A DNA stretch of 52,412 bases from an uncultured Thermococci archaeon (GTDB lineage: Archaea; CAYQAE01; CAYVLA01): positions 1 to 52,412 of the forward strand of contig CAZJVP010000036.1 in the NCBI GenBank assembly GCA_964549615.1, written 5' to 3'. A program made the translations under genes and the position numbers. Below the pieces are notes generated by a model. It did not search any database and was not told the DNA's origin. It was given only the letters and a program-made list of their open reading frames with translations. Within the stretch, counting starts at the first letter, position 1. The number at the start of each line of letters is the position of its first letter. Below, in pieces: positions 1-10,569 of the stretch.

Positions 1-405
<405 letters not shown>

Positions 406-480
406 ACGTTCTACATGCCGCGCCGTCTCCCGAGCCCAGCGAAGTCTAGAACCGAGGCGGAGCAATCCCCACTCCCCCGC

Positions 481-1881
481 TCAGGTCGGCGGTTGTTCTA
501 GCTCCAGCATGGTAGACATCGCGGGCTTGGGCTGATCCTCCTCGGTCACAAGTCCCCAGTCCTTGCTGTTCTCGTCTAGGTAGTAGTCCCTCCAAACCCA
601 CCAGCACCAGCCAGCCAGGCCTTCGTCAAGGCATGCACGATCCAACGTCTTCAGGTATGCGGCGCGCCTGGCCTCCAGGGCCTCGGGCCCCTCGTTGGGG
701 TAGAGCTGCTTGACGGGTATGCCGGTCTCCCAGAACATGACCGGCTTCTGGTACTTCGCCCTGGACCTTAGGGCATCGAGGCTTCGCATGACGACCTTGG
801 AGGCATCATCCGCTTCCTCGGGTCCGGCGGGGTAGTCGCCGCCGAAGTAGATGTCAACTGAGCCGACGCCCCAGGTCTCCTCCCGGTGGTAACCGTACCT
901 CCAGATATCGACCCTCTGTCCGATGATCGCCCTAGGGTTGCCGCGCCTTATCGCCCCGGTTATCTGCTCGGCCACTTTCTGGTAGACCATGTTGTGCCAC
1001 TCGTTAAAGTCGTTCCACTTCTTGGCGGTGTAGGGCAGGATCGGCAGGCCGTGGTAGTGGCTGGTGTGGATTCTACCCACCGTATCCGCCACCCATGAGT
1101 CGACGGGAAAGAGCACATCTTCCCATGCCGAGTTGCTCTCTCCCCATCTTCGATTCCAGTAACCCAGATCCGTGGCCCGGTCCTGGAGAAAGCTGCGCCA
1201 TGCCTTCAGGTTCAACGGATCGTCCCAGGACCAGGTGTTCATGTTGAGGTGTTGCCAGTCCAAGGGGTCGTAGATGATCTTCTCAAATCTGCGGGTGATC
1301 CTGGCGATGCGCTCGTGGAACTCGACAAAGCACTTCCAGACAAACGTTTCCTCCTCGACCATCCCCGGGTAATCGTAGAGCAGGTATCCGGAGAACGGTG
1401 CGTGCTTCACGCCGCCCGCGTCGACGTACTCCTCATATGGCTTGGCTTCGACGCCCTCCGGGATCCGCGAGATTCCGAACCAGAGGATCGTGTAAAGCCC
1501 GTTCGTCTGGGCCTCGGTGAGCAGCTCGATCAGCTTTTTCTCGTTCTCGTCGCTGAGCCTCTTGGTGCTTCGGTTCTGGTCGACGATGGGCATGAACGAG
1601 CCCCAGTTGACCTGGATCGCCACCGCGTTGAAGCCTTGGTCCCTCATCGTCCTGAAGTCTTCCCTCAGCTTAGCAAGGTCCAGTTCCTCCCAGAAGTACT
1701 GGTGGAAGGCATGGGGTTGGAAGTACATGGCGCCACGGATGAACACGGTTCGGTTTCCGTCGATCAGCCGATCGCCCTCGACGCGGAACGCTCCCTGCTG
1801 CGCCTTATGCATGAGCAGAAATGTGGACGCCATAAGTCCGGCCGCCGCTGCGGCTAACCCCAGTATCAGCACCGTCCTCAA
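481..1881 (-). CDS. Secreted or N-anchored clan GH-A glycoside hydrolase (GH5/GH42-like TIM barrel)
   Basis: Hydrophobic N-terminus, GFNAVAIQVNW, the GH42-like LGYWNRRWG..W..V..P segment, PVMFWETG nucleophile and GWCWWVWRD. Start moved to TTG 1881 because the longer ORF overlaps the upstream gene. Confidence 0.7.
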   Translation of the reverse strand: MRTVLILGLAAAAAGLMASTFLLMHKAQQGAFRVEGDRLIDGNRTVFIRGAMYFQPHAFHQYFWEELDLAKLREDFRTMRDQGFNAVAIQVNWGSFMPIVDQNRSTKRLSDENEKKLIELLTEAQTNGLYTILWFGISRIPEGVEAKPYEEYVDAGGVKHAPFSGYLLYDYPGMVEEETFVWKCFVEFHERIARITRRFEKIIYDPLDWQHLNMNTWSWDDPLNLKAWRSFLQDRATDLGYWNRRWGESNSAWEDVLFPVDSWVADTVGRIHTSHYHGLPILPYTAKKWNDFNEWHNMVYQKVAEQITGAIRRGNPRAIIGQRVDIWRYGYHREETWGVGSVDIYFGGDYPAGPEEADDASKVVMRSLDALRSRAKYQKPVMFWETGIPVKQLYPNEGPEALEARRAAYLKTLDRACLDEGLAGWCWWVWRDYYLDENSKDWGLVTEEDQPKPAMSTMLELEQPPT

Positions 1882-1964
1882 CTGCAGGGTCTCAGGCCGA
1901 ATCCCTCGGATCGGTTGAGAATTAGAAGCTTTCTTCCCGGCTTCCTCTGGCCTATCGCCTTGCT

Positions 1965-3056
1965 TCAGCGTCGTTGGCGCCGCAGGCCGCCCACGGCAAC
2001 GGCCACCAAGAGGATCGCGAGGATGCCGATGATGGCCCAGATGAGCTTGCCCTCCAGGATGCTGGGCTGGACCGTGAACCTGATCTCGTTGCTCTTGCCG
2101 CCCAGGTGGTTGGAATCCCCGTTCCAGCTCGCCCACACCACCCAGTCGCCCGGTTCCGGCGGTCGGAAGCTGTCCGAAAAACGGCCATCGTCGTCTGTGG
2201 CGACCGTCCTTTCCGCGCTCGTGATGCCCTGCTTAACGTAGCTCAGCGTGACGTTGGCGTCGGCGTGCGCAGGGAGCACGAAACCGTGCAGCTCAACCAT
2301 CTGTCCCTGCTGGATTTGATCTCTGGCGATCGCCAATGAGAGGTTCGAGGCCTCTCTCTGCGACTGTAGCAAGACTGGGTCCTGCTCCAGAACGGCGAAG
2401 TACTTGACGATCGTCAGGGGCCTGTATCCGTCCTTTGAGACGTTGAGCTGGATCGAGTACGAACCAGCCTGCTTTGCCGTCACGTTGCAGGGCAGGGTTA
2501 TCTGGCGCTTCGATCCGTCGGGAAGGTTGAGCCATGCACTTATGGCCGGGCCTTGGACATCGCAGTCGTAGGCAAGGTAGACCTTTTCGTTCTTGATGAA
2601 GACCGAGGCCCTTTTCGAGGCCGAAGGGTCCCTGGAAAGGATGATCTCAAAGGCCATGTCCTCCGGGGCTCCCTCGATCTGGAAGGTGGCCTCGGCTTGG
2701 CAGACGACGAACCTCCCCTCGATGAGGCTGGCTTGCACCACATACGGGCCTGAGTAGTACCTCTGATCCACGGGCAGGAGGAAGAGTTGAATGCTCTTTG
2801 ACTCGCCTCCTGCCAGGGAGAGGTCATGGCTGACCAGGGTCGGTGCCACCTTGGATCGCTGGTCCCTGAGCAGCACATCCAGCGACAGGTTGGTGGGCTG
2901 CCCCTTTGTGTTCGTGACGTGTGCGGTTACATCGATCACATCCCCTGGGCGGTAGACGGGCTGGCTCACGTTGAGGGCCAGGTCATGGGCCTGCGCAGCC
3001 GTGAGCCAGGCTGCCGCTGTGAATGCCATGGCCATGAACAGCCGGGCCGATCGCAC
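1965..3056 (-). CDS. Cell-surface Ig-like domain protein with C-terminal TM anchor
   Basis: Signal peptide, Ig-like motifs (YRPGDVIDVTAHVTN; TDDDGRFS..F.P..PGDW.V.ASWNGD), and a C-terminal TM followed by RRQRR. GTG start lies 1 nt after the upstream stop. Confidence 0.75.
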   Translation of the reverse strand: MRSARLFMAMAFTAAAWLTAAQAHDLALNVSQPVYRPGDVIDVTAHVTNTKGQPTNLSLDVLLRDQRSKVAPTLVSHDLSLAGGESKSIQLFLLPVDQRYYSGPYVVQASLIEGRFVVCQAEATFQIEGAPEDMAFEIILSRDPSASKRASVFIKNEKVYLAYDCDVQGPAISAWLNLPDGSKRQITLPCNVTAKQAGSYSIQLNVSKDGYRPLTIVKYFAVLEQDPVLLQSQREASNLSLAIARDQIQQGQMVELHGFVLPAHADANVTLSYVKQGITSAERTVATDDDGRFSDSFRPPEPGDWVVWASWNGDSNHLGGKSNEIRFTVQPSILEGKLIWAIIGILAILLVAVAVGGLRRQRR

Positions 3057-3057
3057 C

Positions 3058-6000
3058 TCACCACCACCTCGGGCAGAAAGTCGGATCCCCCAAGAGGGCA
3101 TAGAATATGTCTCCCCTCAGCGTTGTGCTGAAGTTCCAGACGTCCTCATCGTAGTCCTCGTTGCGGGCCTGAAGGTAGGCCTCGCCTATGCTCTTGCCCT
3201 CCAGGTAGACGGCCCGTAGTATGTCGTCGAACATGCGGTGCCAGTACGAGACGTCCGTTGCACCCATGTACGCCATCGCCCCCCTCCTGATGTGCTGCAC
3301 CGAGAGGACCATGCCCGGCTCGCCCAGGGTCACTTCAACGTTGTATGCGCCGGTGAGGCATGCTAGGTCGAGCACCACCACTGGCTCCAGGTAAACCTCC
3401 TGCCAGCAAAGATATCCGGAGTCGATAACCCCCTCGAAGAACCGCATGAGACCGTGGTCAACGAAGATTATCAGCCCGCAATCATCGTAGAGGGAGCGGA
3501 TGGTCATCCGGTTTCCGTCGACCTCGGCGTGTCCCGAGTAGAACCAGACGTTGTTGAACTGGCGCTCGACCTCCGGGGTCCAGTAAGTGGCCCTAGCATA
3601 GTTCTCCAGGACAGCCTCGTCTTTGGGCCCCAGTATGGTTTCCACCTGATGATCCTCCCTTACCATCACAAGCGCGTCCCTGCTTTTGTCAATGCGGTCG
3701 TAGAAGAGATCCCTCGCCACATACGCCGACACATCGGAGGCGGTCACCCCGTATATCCTTCCGGTCGCGATGTCTTGGTGGGCGAGGTTGTGCGTGCTGC
3801 CGTAGAATCTTCCGTCCACCTCCAACCACAGGGGCCCGCTATCGGCTGAGACCTCTATCCTCGCTATGCGGCGCAAGGATCGCGAGGGGATGTTGTAAAC
3901 GCATACATACCACCAGCCTTCGTCAGACCTCTCGTACCACGCCACGTTATCCCCCCATATGGACGGCAGAACCTGGTCGGCCGGCTCGCTTGTGAGCCTC
4001 TCCGGCCTGGAGGTCGCGGGGTCAAACAACCAGATGTCCCAGTTACCATTGCTGTTGTCCTGCCACACTACCCGGCCCTCGTAGATGCGGGGGTACATCT
4101 GGTCGCCGGCCCCTGCGGCAACTATGAGCTCGCTGCTGGTGATCTCGCCGTTTTCGTCCATCACGGCCATGCGGACGTCCCAGTGGCCGTTCCTGTTGTC
4201 CATGTAGACTATCTTGTTTCCCCATATGGAGGGGCGTTCCTGGTTGTAGTCGTCGCGGGTGACGTGGCGATATTGATGTGTGTTCAGATCGTACTTCATG
4301 ATGTCCGTGTGGTCTCCGAATGGCTGTTGGTAGACCACGGTTGTCCCCCATATTGCAGGCCATTCTTGGTTTTCGGGCGAGGAGGTCAGCTGCGTGGTGG
4401 TCCTGGCGAGGGCGTCGTAGGCGTATATGTCCCAATTGCCGTTTCTTGCGTCCTGCCAGACTATGACCGTGCCGTAAACAGCCGGCCTGCACGAGCCAAT
4501 CAAATACCGTCCCGTCTCGTTGGCCCCGGTGAGCTGGTAAGTCCTACCCGTCAAAAGATCCTGATACCAGATATCCCCCCAGGTGTTCTCATCCGTCCAT
4601 GCGAGTATCCGGTCCGAGCATGCCGGGTTGAACTGGACGCGCAGATTGTTTGTCACGTACTCCTCGCGGTCGCCCGACAGGGTGTTGCGCACAATGTCGA
4701 CGTCGATGTAACGGGCGCCCTGGTAGAAGATGTTGTCGCCCCAAATGGCCGGTGCGTAGGGCAGGTTGGCCCTGGCAATGGGGATGACCTCGGGCGAGGC
4801 GACGATCGTCAGGTAGCGGACCGGGCCCCCCAGCGGCAGGGACTCCATCGCCTGATCGACGAAGACGTCTATGTCGGGGTAGGAGTGAGAGGTCGTGCTG
4901 ATTATGACCTCCTTCTTGGCAGCCGCCAGGAAGGGCGCCACGAGCGAATGCTTAGCAAAGAGGTATGTCACGTTGGAGGCCTTGTCGGTCACGTAGTTGG
5001 ATCGCCGGTATGACCACAAGTCCAGTGGGTTGACCAGTATGACGCCCTTGGCGCCGGTGGCTATGCCGTAGTGCCTTCGAAGCTCATCCAACGTGAACCT
5101 CTGGAGCACCCTCGCGTTCACGGCGTCCAGGGCGCTCAGTTCGCCGGCGCTGAACTGTCCGACGAGATAGACGCTCTTGTGGTCCAGTTCACGCACGTCG
5201 TAGTGCCCCTGGAAGAGGATGGGCGCGTTCAGAAGCGAGGCATAGACCGATGCCATGAGTCCGGTGGCGTATTCATCCTGGGAGACAACGTACACATCGA
5301 TCTTGCTCCAATACTCGTTTCGCAGCTGCCTTTCCTCATCCTTGGTGAAGATGTCGTCCATGGGCATGACCCCATATCCCCCGGATTCGAGAAGCCTCGG
5401 AGATATCCCCCACCTTCCCGCAAGCGCCCTGCTGAAGCCGCTCACCTCCATGGGCGAGAGGCCGAGAATGATCATGCTGTCGCTCATGCTTGGGGCCGCT
5501 GCCCTCCATACCCTGATCTGCGTTTCGGACAGTCCCGGCCCGACCGGGGGCGGCGCGACCATCAGCCTGATGAGGTCAGCAGGCGGGGTGCCGAGGATGG
5601 TGACCCTTAAGCCAAGCCTGTTGCGGCCGTACGAGGCGTACTGCTGCAGGAAGCTGATGACGGAGTCTGCATCGAAAGCCGTCTCGTTTTCCTGGTGGTA
5701 GATCAGGACCGGGAAATTGTAGGTGGTTCCGACCTCAACGGGCTCGGTTGGGTGCATCTCCTTCCATACGGCAATCGGCACCAGGGACAAGACCGCCCTC
5801 CAGTCCAGGTCGGAGATCACGAAGACCTCCCGGTCTCTGTAGGAAGACATGTTCTTGACATTCTCCCTTCCTAGCGCCTCGACGGTGAAGCTCCTCTCCG
5901 TCGTCGTCGCGTGGTCGTCGTCAACGCTGTATGCCTCTGCATAGTACCTTACCGTGTAGCCTGCGGCCCAGGGCCCCCTGACTATGCTCAGGGTCGTCGA

Positions 6001-7917
6001 GTCTGAGACCTCGGCCACCTTGTGCCCGTTCAGGTATATGCGCAGTAGCCTGACGCCGTAGGGATAGGAGGCCGTGGCGGTGAAGGTGATCTCATCCGTC
6101 TCAGTTGGCTCTGTGGGATATATCCTCATCTCAAGCCTCAGCGGCGCGGAGTAGTAGGAACGGACCGTGAAGTTGTATACCGGGGTGAGGTTCGTGTTGC
6201 CGGCCCTGTCCGATGCGGCCGCGGCATAGTGAACGGTGCTCCTACGGGGATAGGGCCCACCGGTGTAGTCGCACGTGGTCGAGTTGTGGCAGGTCTTCAC
6301 GGCCATACCGTTGACGTATATGACGATGTAACTGATCCCGCTCGAGTCTGAGGCCACTGCACGGAAGGTCACGGTGTCCCGCTCGGAGGGGCTGAACTCG
6401 CCAATACGGGTTGGGAGGCAGTACACCCTGATGCTGGGGGGAGTGGAATCGGTCGGCGCGACGTTGATCGATGCGTCGACTGCATTGTTGGTCTCGTCGG
6501 TCTCGACGACCTCCGCCTCCGCATCCACCATGAAGGAGATGACGTAGAGTCCCGGGGCCGAGGGGGTCCAGGGCACGAAGAGCTGGCTGGACTCATCCAG
6601 CCTTCCCCCAGCGGGTATGGGCGGTATCCTGACCGATCCTATCTCGGAGCCGTTTGCCAGGAAAAGGCCGCTGCACTCCGGCGAGGCTACCTCGCCGAGG
6701 TTGGCTAGGACTGGCCTCAACGCGGCCGTCCTTCCTGCGGTGATGAGTTCGGGCGACCATAGGATGCCCGTCGCACAGAGATCCGCGCGCCCCTTTGGCA
6801 CCACCTTGACGATCATGGGGAGCAGGTTGTTATTCTCATCGGCTTCGTCCACCAGGCCGGTGTAGTCGGCCACGAAGGCAAGCGAGTACGTCCCCTGGAG
6901 CCCTGGGGTCCAGTTAAATCTTAGGGCTGCCTCCTGGCCAGGTTGCAGGTCCGGCACAAGGAACGTGAGCGCAAGTGAGCCGTTGACGAGGAGCCCCCCC
7001 TTGGTGACCAGCCCGGGGCTGCTACCGCCGACGTTCTTGGCGCGGACTTCGATTGAGACCTCTTCCTGTGCTGCAGGCGTTTGGGGGTTGAGGGTGGCGG
7101 CCGTGATGGTAAGATCGGGCTTACCTAGGACCTTGACCTGGGTGGTGAGGGCGTTGTTTGCCTCGTTGCTCTCCTGGACCTCCTGCTTCCAATCAGCGTA
7201 GAAGGAAAGATCCTGCCAGCCCTCGAGTCCCGGCCGCCACTTCGCCGAGATCGTTGTCTCCCTGCCAGGGTCAAGCGGGCTTATTGAAACGTCCGCCGAA
7301 AAGCTTCCGGAGACCAACCTTCCCGCGCAGGCCTTCGAAGCCCCGTTGCCCAGGTTGCGTATGGTGACGATTACGGTAGCGTCCCGTCCGACCGTCGGGG
7401 TCTCCGGGATCACCGAGATCGAGACGGGGGAAAGGTCGGCGATCTGCAGCGCTCCAACCGTCATGACGTAGACGTGCCATTCGGTTGGTCCCTCCTTCTT
7501 GGCCATGCCGCCGACCTGCCAGATCTGGTAGGAGGGCCAGATGCGCCACTGTCCGGCCTTGTCCGGGGAAAATGAGCTTGAGAACGCGACGCTTTGGCCC
7601 GGCGTTATTGTCTGGCCGCTGGCCGTGAAGCCGAAGGATCTATCGAGGCCGTCCGGGTCCCTCACGGCCGCGAAGACTCCCTTCTCCGCGAACGTGATGG
7701 CATACTGGTCGAAGTCCCTGAGCTTGAAGTCGACGCTGATCGTATCCCCGACCTTGGGATCGATGGGTCCCTGAATAAGCAAGTCGGTCAGCTGAAGGGA
7801 ATCGGCTACGTCCGGCCCCTTGTACTCAAAAAGCACTGCGGCAAGAGCTTGCGGAAGGCAGACCGCGAGGGAGAACGTTGCGACGAGGATGAAGTAGATG
7901 AGGCGCAAGCGGAGCAC
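3058..7917 (-). CDS. Large secreted protein: CARDB x3, Ig-like repeats, beta-propeller repeats and a gingipain-like C25 cysteine peptidase domain
   Basis: Signal peptide, three PDL...E..E.NN CARDB units, and repeated P.IWG..VV.QD.RNGNWDIY blades. C25 motifs are YLTIVASP..IP, DIATGRI, DHG, LACLTG, GAMAYMGAT and LLGDP. Confidence 0.8.
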   Translation of the reverse strand: MLRLRLIYFILVATFSLAVCLPQALAAVLFEYKGPDVADSLQLTDLLIQGPIDPKVGDTISVDFKLRDFDQYAITFAEKGVFAAVRDPDGLDRSFGFTASGQTITPGQSVAFSSSFSPDKAGQWRIWPSYQIWQVGGMAKKEGPTEWHVYVMTVGALQIADLSPVSISVIPETPTVGRDATVIVTIRNLGNGASKACAGRLVSGSFSADVSISPLDPGRETTISAKWRPGLEGWQDLSFYADWKQEVQESNEANNALTTQVKVLGKPDLTITAATLNPQTPAAQEEVSIEVRAKNVGGSSPGLVTKGGLLVNGSLALTFLVPDLQPGQEAALRFNWTPGLQGTYSLAFVADYTGLVDEADENNNLLPMIVKVVPKGRADLCATGILWSPELITAGRTAALRPVLANLGEVASPECSGLFLANGSEIGSVRIPPIPAGGRLDESSQLFVPWTPSAPGLYVISFMVDAEAEVVETDETNNAVDASINVAPTDSTPPSIRVYCLPTRIGEFSPSERDTVTFRAVASDSSGISYIVIYVNGMAVKTCHNSTTCDYTGGPYPRRSTVHYAAAASDRAGNTNLTPVYNFTVRSYYSAPLRLEMRIYPTEPTETDEITFTATASYPYGVRLLRIYLNGHKVAEVSDSTTLSIVRGPWAAGYTVRYYAEAYSVDDDHATTTERSFTVEALGRENVKNMSSYRDREVFVISDLDWRAVLSLVPIAVWKEMHPTEPVEVGTTYNFPVLIYHQENETAFDADSVISFLQQYASYGRNRLGLRVTILGTPPADLIRLMVAPPPVGPGLSETQIRVWRAAAPSMSDSMIILGLSPMEVSGFSRALAGRWGISPRLLESGGYGVMPMDDIFTKDEERQLRNEYWSKIDVYVVSQDEYATGLMASVYASLLNAPILFQGHYDVRELDHKSVYLVGQFSAGELSALDAVNARVLQRFTLDELRRHYGIATGAKGVILVNPLDLWSYRRSNYVTDKASNVTYLFAKHSLVAPFLAAAKKEVIISTTSHSYPDIDVFVDQAMESLPLGGPVRYLTIVASPEVIPIARANLPYAPAIWGDNIFYQGARYIDVDIVRNTLSGDREEYVTNNLRVQFNPACSDRILAWTDENTWGDIWYQDLLTGRTYQLTGANETGRYLIGSCRPAVYGTVIVWQDARNGNWDIYAYDALARTTTQLTSSPENQEWPAIWGTTVVYQQPFGDHTDIMKYDLNTHQYRHVTRDDYNQERPSIWGNKIVYMDNRNGHWDVRMAVMDENGEITSSELIVAAGAGDQMYPRIYEGRVVWQDNSNGNWDIWLFDPATSRPERLTSEPADQVLPSIWGDNVAWYERSDEGWWYVCVYNIPSRSLRRIARIEVSADSGPLWLEVDGRFYGSTHNLAHQDIATGRIYGVTASDVSAYVARDLFYDRIDKSRDALVMVREDHQVETILGPKDEAVLENYARATYWTPEVERQFNNVWFYSGHAEVDGNRMTIRSLYDDCGLIIFVDHGLMRFFEGVIDSGYLCWQEVYLEPVVVLDLACLTGAYNVEVTLGEPGMVLSVQHIRRGAMAYMGATDVSYWHRMFDDILRAVYLEGKSIGEAYLQARNEDYDEDVWNFSTTLRGDIFYALLGDPTFCPRWW

Positions 7918-7950
7918 TCCTAGCGACCAAGATCGAGCCCGGGACCCATT

Positions 7951-9288
7951 TTAAGACTTCCGTAGTTTGCTGCCGCGCCGTGGGGGCTTCCGCAAGCCGC
8001 CGCCGTGAAACTGCGGCAGATACCTTGAGCTGGCCAGGAGAAGTTCGTCAAGCATCGATTCAGCGTCCTCGACGGATCCGATCATGGGGTCCAGCAGCAA
8101 GGCCTGCAGGGCCAATTGCCTGTCGCCGTTTAGGGCGGCCCGGGCCGTAAGCTCTTGCTGGATTATGCGGTGGTGGGTTATGGCTGCAAGGGGGTCTGGC
8201 AGGTTTCCGACGTGTATGCCGCGCATGCCGTGCGAGCCGACCAAAGCATGGGTCTCGATGATGGCCCCTCGCGGGAGGTTGGGGACGAAGCCGTCGTTGG
8301 GGATGTTGACGACGAACTCGTCGTTGCGGTTGTCCACGATCGACTCTATGATGCGGATCACCTCTTCGCCCGATGGAGCGGTGAGATCGCCAAGCGGCAG
8401 GGATCCCTCGGCCTGAGCCAGCAGCATCTTGGTGCGCTCCCTCTTGTCCTCCATCATCCGGTCTATCTCCCGGAGCCTTAGGCCGTACTTGGCGCCCTTC
8501 TCAGTTCGGTCCGTTAGGAAGTAGGGGAAGAACTCGGCTATGTGCCTGTCGCCGGGCGAGGGGAAGTAACCGAAGATTCGGAATAGCTTGGAGCTGATGG
8601 GCCAGCCGGGGAGATCAGTTGTCCTAAGCATCTCGCGCAGCCGCGGGTAGCAATCCTTGCCGGAGATCCCCATGTCCAAGATCCAGGTCAGGTGGTTGAC
8701 GCCTGCGGCCAGGTAGGTCATCTTGTCCGGCGTCGTGCCGAGGAAGCTTGCGATTGCCCTCACCGTCCCGCGTATGCCGTGGCAGAGGCCCGCCATCTTG
8801 ATCCCCGTCGTCTCCCGCACAGCTATGGAGAGGCAGGTGAGCGGGTTGGAGTAGTTGAAGAGCCAGGCGTCGGGGCAGATCTTCTCCATGTCCTTTGCGA
8901 TCTCGACCATTGCCGGGATCGTCCTTAATGCCCTGATCAAGCCTCCCGGCCCAACCGTGTCGCCGACGGTCTGGTATACGCCGTACTTCATGGGGATGTC
9001 TATGTCGCTCTTGCAGATGCCCAGTCCTCCGACTAGGATGGTGGTGATGACGAAGTCGGCGGACTCGAGGGCGGCCTTCCTGTCCGTGGTCGATTCGATC
9101 TCGAGATCGGCCTTCCTTTCCCGCACCATGCGCTTGGCCAGCTTTGCGGAGATCTTGAGACTCTCCGGATCGAGGTCCATCAGGGTGATCTTGCTGCCGG
9201 AAAGGCTGGGCGAGTTCATGGCATCGCGGAGTATGCCGGGGGTGAAGTGGCTGCCAGCTCCGATGATCGTTATCGTGGGCGTTGAGAT
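7951..9288 (-). CDS. Family 4 glycoside hydrolase (NAD+/Mn2+-dependent, alpha-galactosidase-like)
   Basis: ITIIGAGS lies upstream of the first ATG. Other motifs are ADFVITTI, GDTVGPGG..RALR, NYSNP, GLCHG, AGVNH and VNIPN. The start is uncertain (see findings). Confidence 0.9.
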   Translation of the reverse strand: MSTPTITIIGAGSHFTPGILRDAMNSPSLSGSKITLMDLDPESLKISAKLAKRMVRERKADLEIESTTDRKAALESADFVITTILVGGLGICKSDIDIPMKYGVYQTVGDTVGPGGLIRALRTIPAMVEIAKDMEKICPDAWLFNYSNPLTCLSIAVRETTGIKMAGLCHGIRGTVRAIASFLGTTPDKMTYLAAGVNHLTWILDMGISGKDCYPRLREMLRTTDLPGWPISSKLFRIFGYFPSPGDRHIAEFFPYFLTDRTEKGAKYGLRLREIDRMMEDKRERTKMLLAQAEGSLPLGDLTAPSGEEVIRIIESIVDNRNDEFVVNIPNDGFVPNLPRGAIIETHALVGSHGMRGIHVGNLPDPLAAITHHRIIQQELTARAALNGDRQLALQALLLDPMIGSVEDAESMLDELLLASSRYLPQFHGGGLRKPPRRGSKLRKS

Positions 9289-9356
9289 GCCTCCTGGGCC
9301 AGTCGTCGGGCCCGCGCGGAGCTTAAGACTATTACGCGACTGCGAAGGAGAATGCC

Positions 9357-10481
9357 CTACGGCTCGAAGTCCTCGGCGAGCTTTGAAACGAGCTCCATCT
9401 TCCTTATGTCTGCCGTGGGGGGAAGCTCGTCCGAAACTCCGAGGATGAGGTTGGGCGAGAAGGCCTCAAGGACCCTTAGGGCAAAGTCCCTTGTCTGCTT
9501 GTCCGTATATACAGGTATGAACATGACGGCGGGTATGCCGTCCAGAAGGATCTTGTCGCCCATCGCCCGCCTCAGCTCGTCGATCTCCACATCCCCCTGG
9601 GGCTTGGGGGTGGCGGCCTCGATGCCATCGAACTCCAGTTGGCTCAGGAGGGGCAGAAGGGGCTTCATGGCCCCATCGATGTGGATGTGGCAGAACTTGC
9701 CGACTCGGTGGAGTTGTTTGACCCTGCGCTCGTAGTACGGGACGAGGTATCTCTGGAAGAATTTGGGCGAGGCCAGGTTTGCGTCTATGTTCTCCCCGAA
9801 GTTCAGGATCTTCAGCGGGCATCTCACCAGGACCTCGTACATCCCGTCGTCCCACTCCGCGATCGAATCCATGAAGCCCTCGATCTCGGCTTGATGGCGG
9901 TGGAGCTGTATGAAGAAGTTCCTGGCGCCCATGTACTCGACGATCATCTTCTGGAATGGTGACCGGGAGTAGAAGCTCTGGACTACGCCCCTGTCTCCGA
10001 AGGCTGCCTCGGCCTTGGAGTATGCCTCGTCGTCGAACTGGAACTCGGTGTGCTTGAGCACGTATTCCATGACCTTGCAGTCCTGGGGCGTCTTTAGGGG
10101 AAACTCGGTCGGATACCCGCCCCTGGTCTTGGACCTCAGTTTGCCCACGGGTGTCTCGGTGATGGTGATGCGCTCGCCCCCCTCGTCAAAGTGGACGTGC
10201 TTGATGCCGGCATCCGGGTCAATCCTCGTTCTGAACAGGCCGATGTCGAGGACCTCGCCCGGATACCTGGGCGATGCGCGAAGGAGGTCGTAGACCTGCA
10301 GGACGGTCTTCCCGCGGTACTCCGCAGGCACCTCGGGATAGGGCAACTCCCCCTGCCTTATTTCCTCGGGCCGCTTGTTCACTTGGTTTCCGGTGTACCA
10401 GTAACGTATCCTCGGCTGCCAGACGATCCGGTCGATCTTCTTCCTCTGGAACGTCCTCATGATCAATTCACGGAAGTTCAT
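9357..10481 (-). CDS. Uroporphyrinogen decarboxylase/methyltransferase (URO-D) family protein
   Basis: EFPLKT..D, SPKFF..YL.PYY, HIHIDG, TP.PQGD, LLDGIP and ILGVSDELPP. Confidence 0.8.
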   Translation of the reverse strand: MNFRELIMRTFQRKKIDRIVWQPRIRYWYTGNQVNKRPEEIRQGELPYPEVPAEYRGKTVLQVYDLLRASPRYPGEVLDIGLFRTRIDPDAGIKHVHFDEGGERITITETPVGKLRSKTRGGYPTEFPLKTPQDCKVMEYVLKHTEFQFDDEAYSKAEAAFGDRGVVQSFYSRSPFQKMIVEYMGARNFFIQLHRHQAEIEGFMDSIAEWDDGMYEVLVRCPLKILNFGENIDANLASPKFFQRYLVPYYERRVKQLHRVGKFCHIHIDGAMKPLLPLLSQLEFDGIEAATPKPQGDVEIDELRRAMGDKILLDGIPAVMFIPVYTDKQTRDFALRVLEAFSPNLILGVSDELPPTADIRKMELVSKLAEDFEP

Positions 10482-10569
10482 GGTCTCGGACCTTCTAAGC
10501 CATGCGGCGGGAAAACGCTTGCCACCTGAGTCGGGAGGGCGCGCGCCGCGAATGGTGCAAGAGGAGAAG

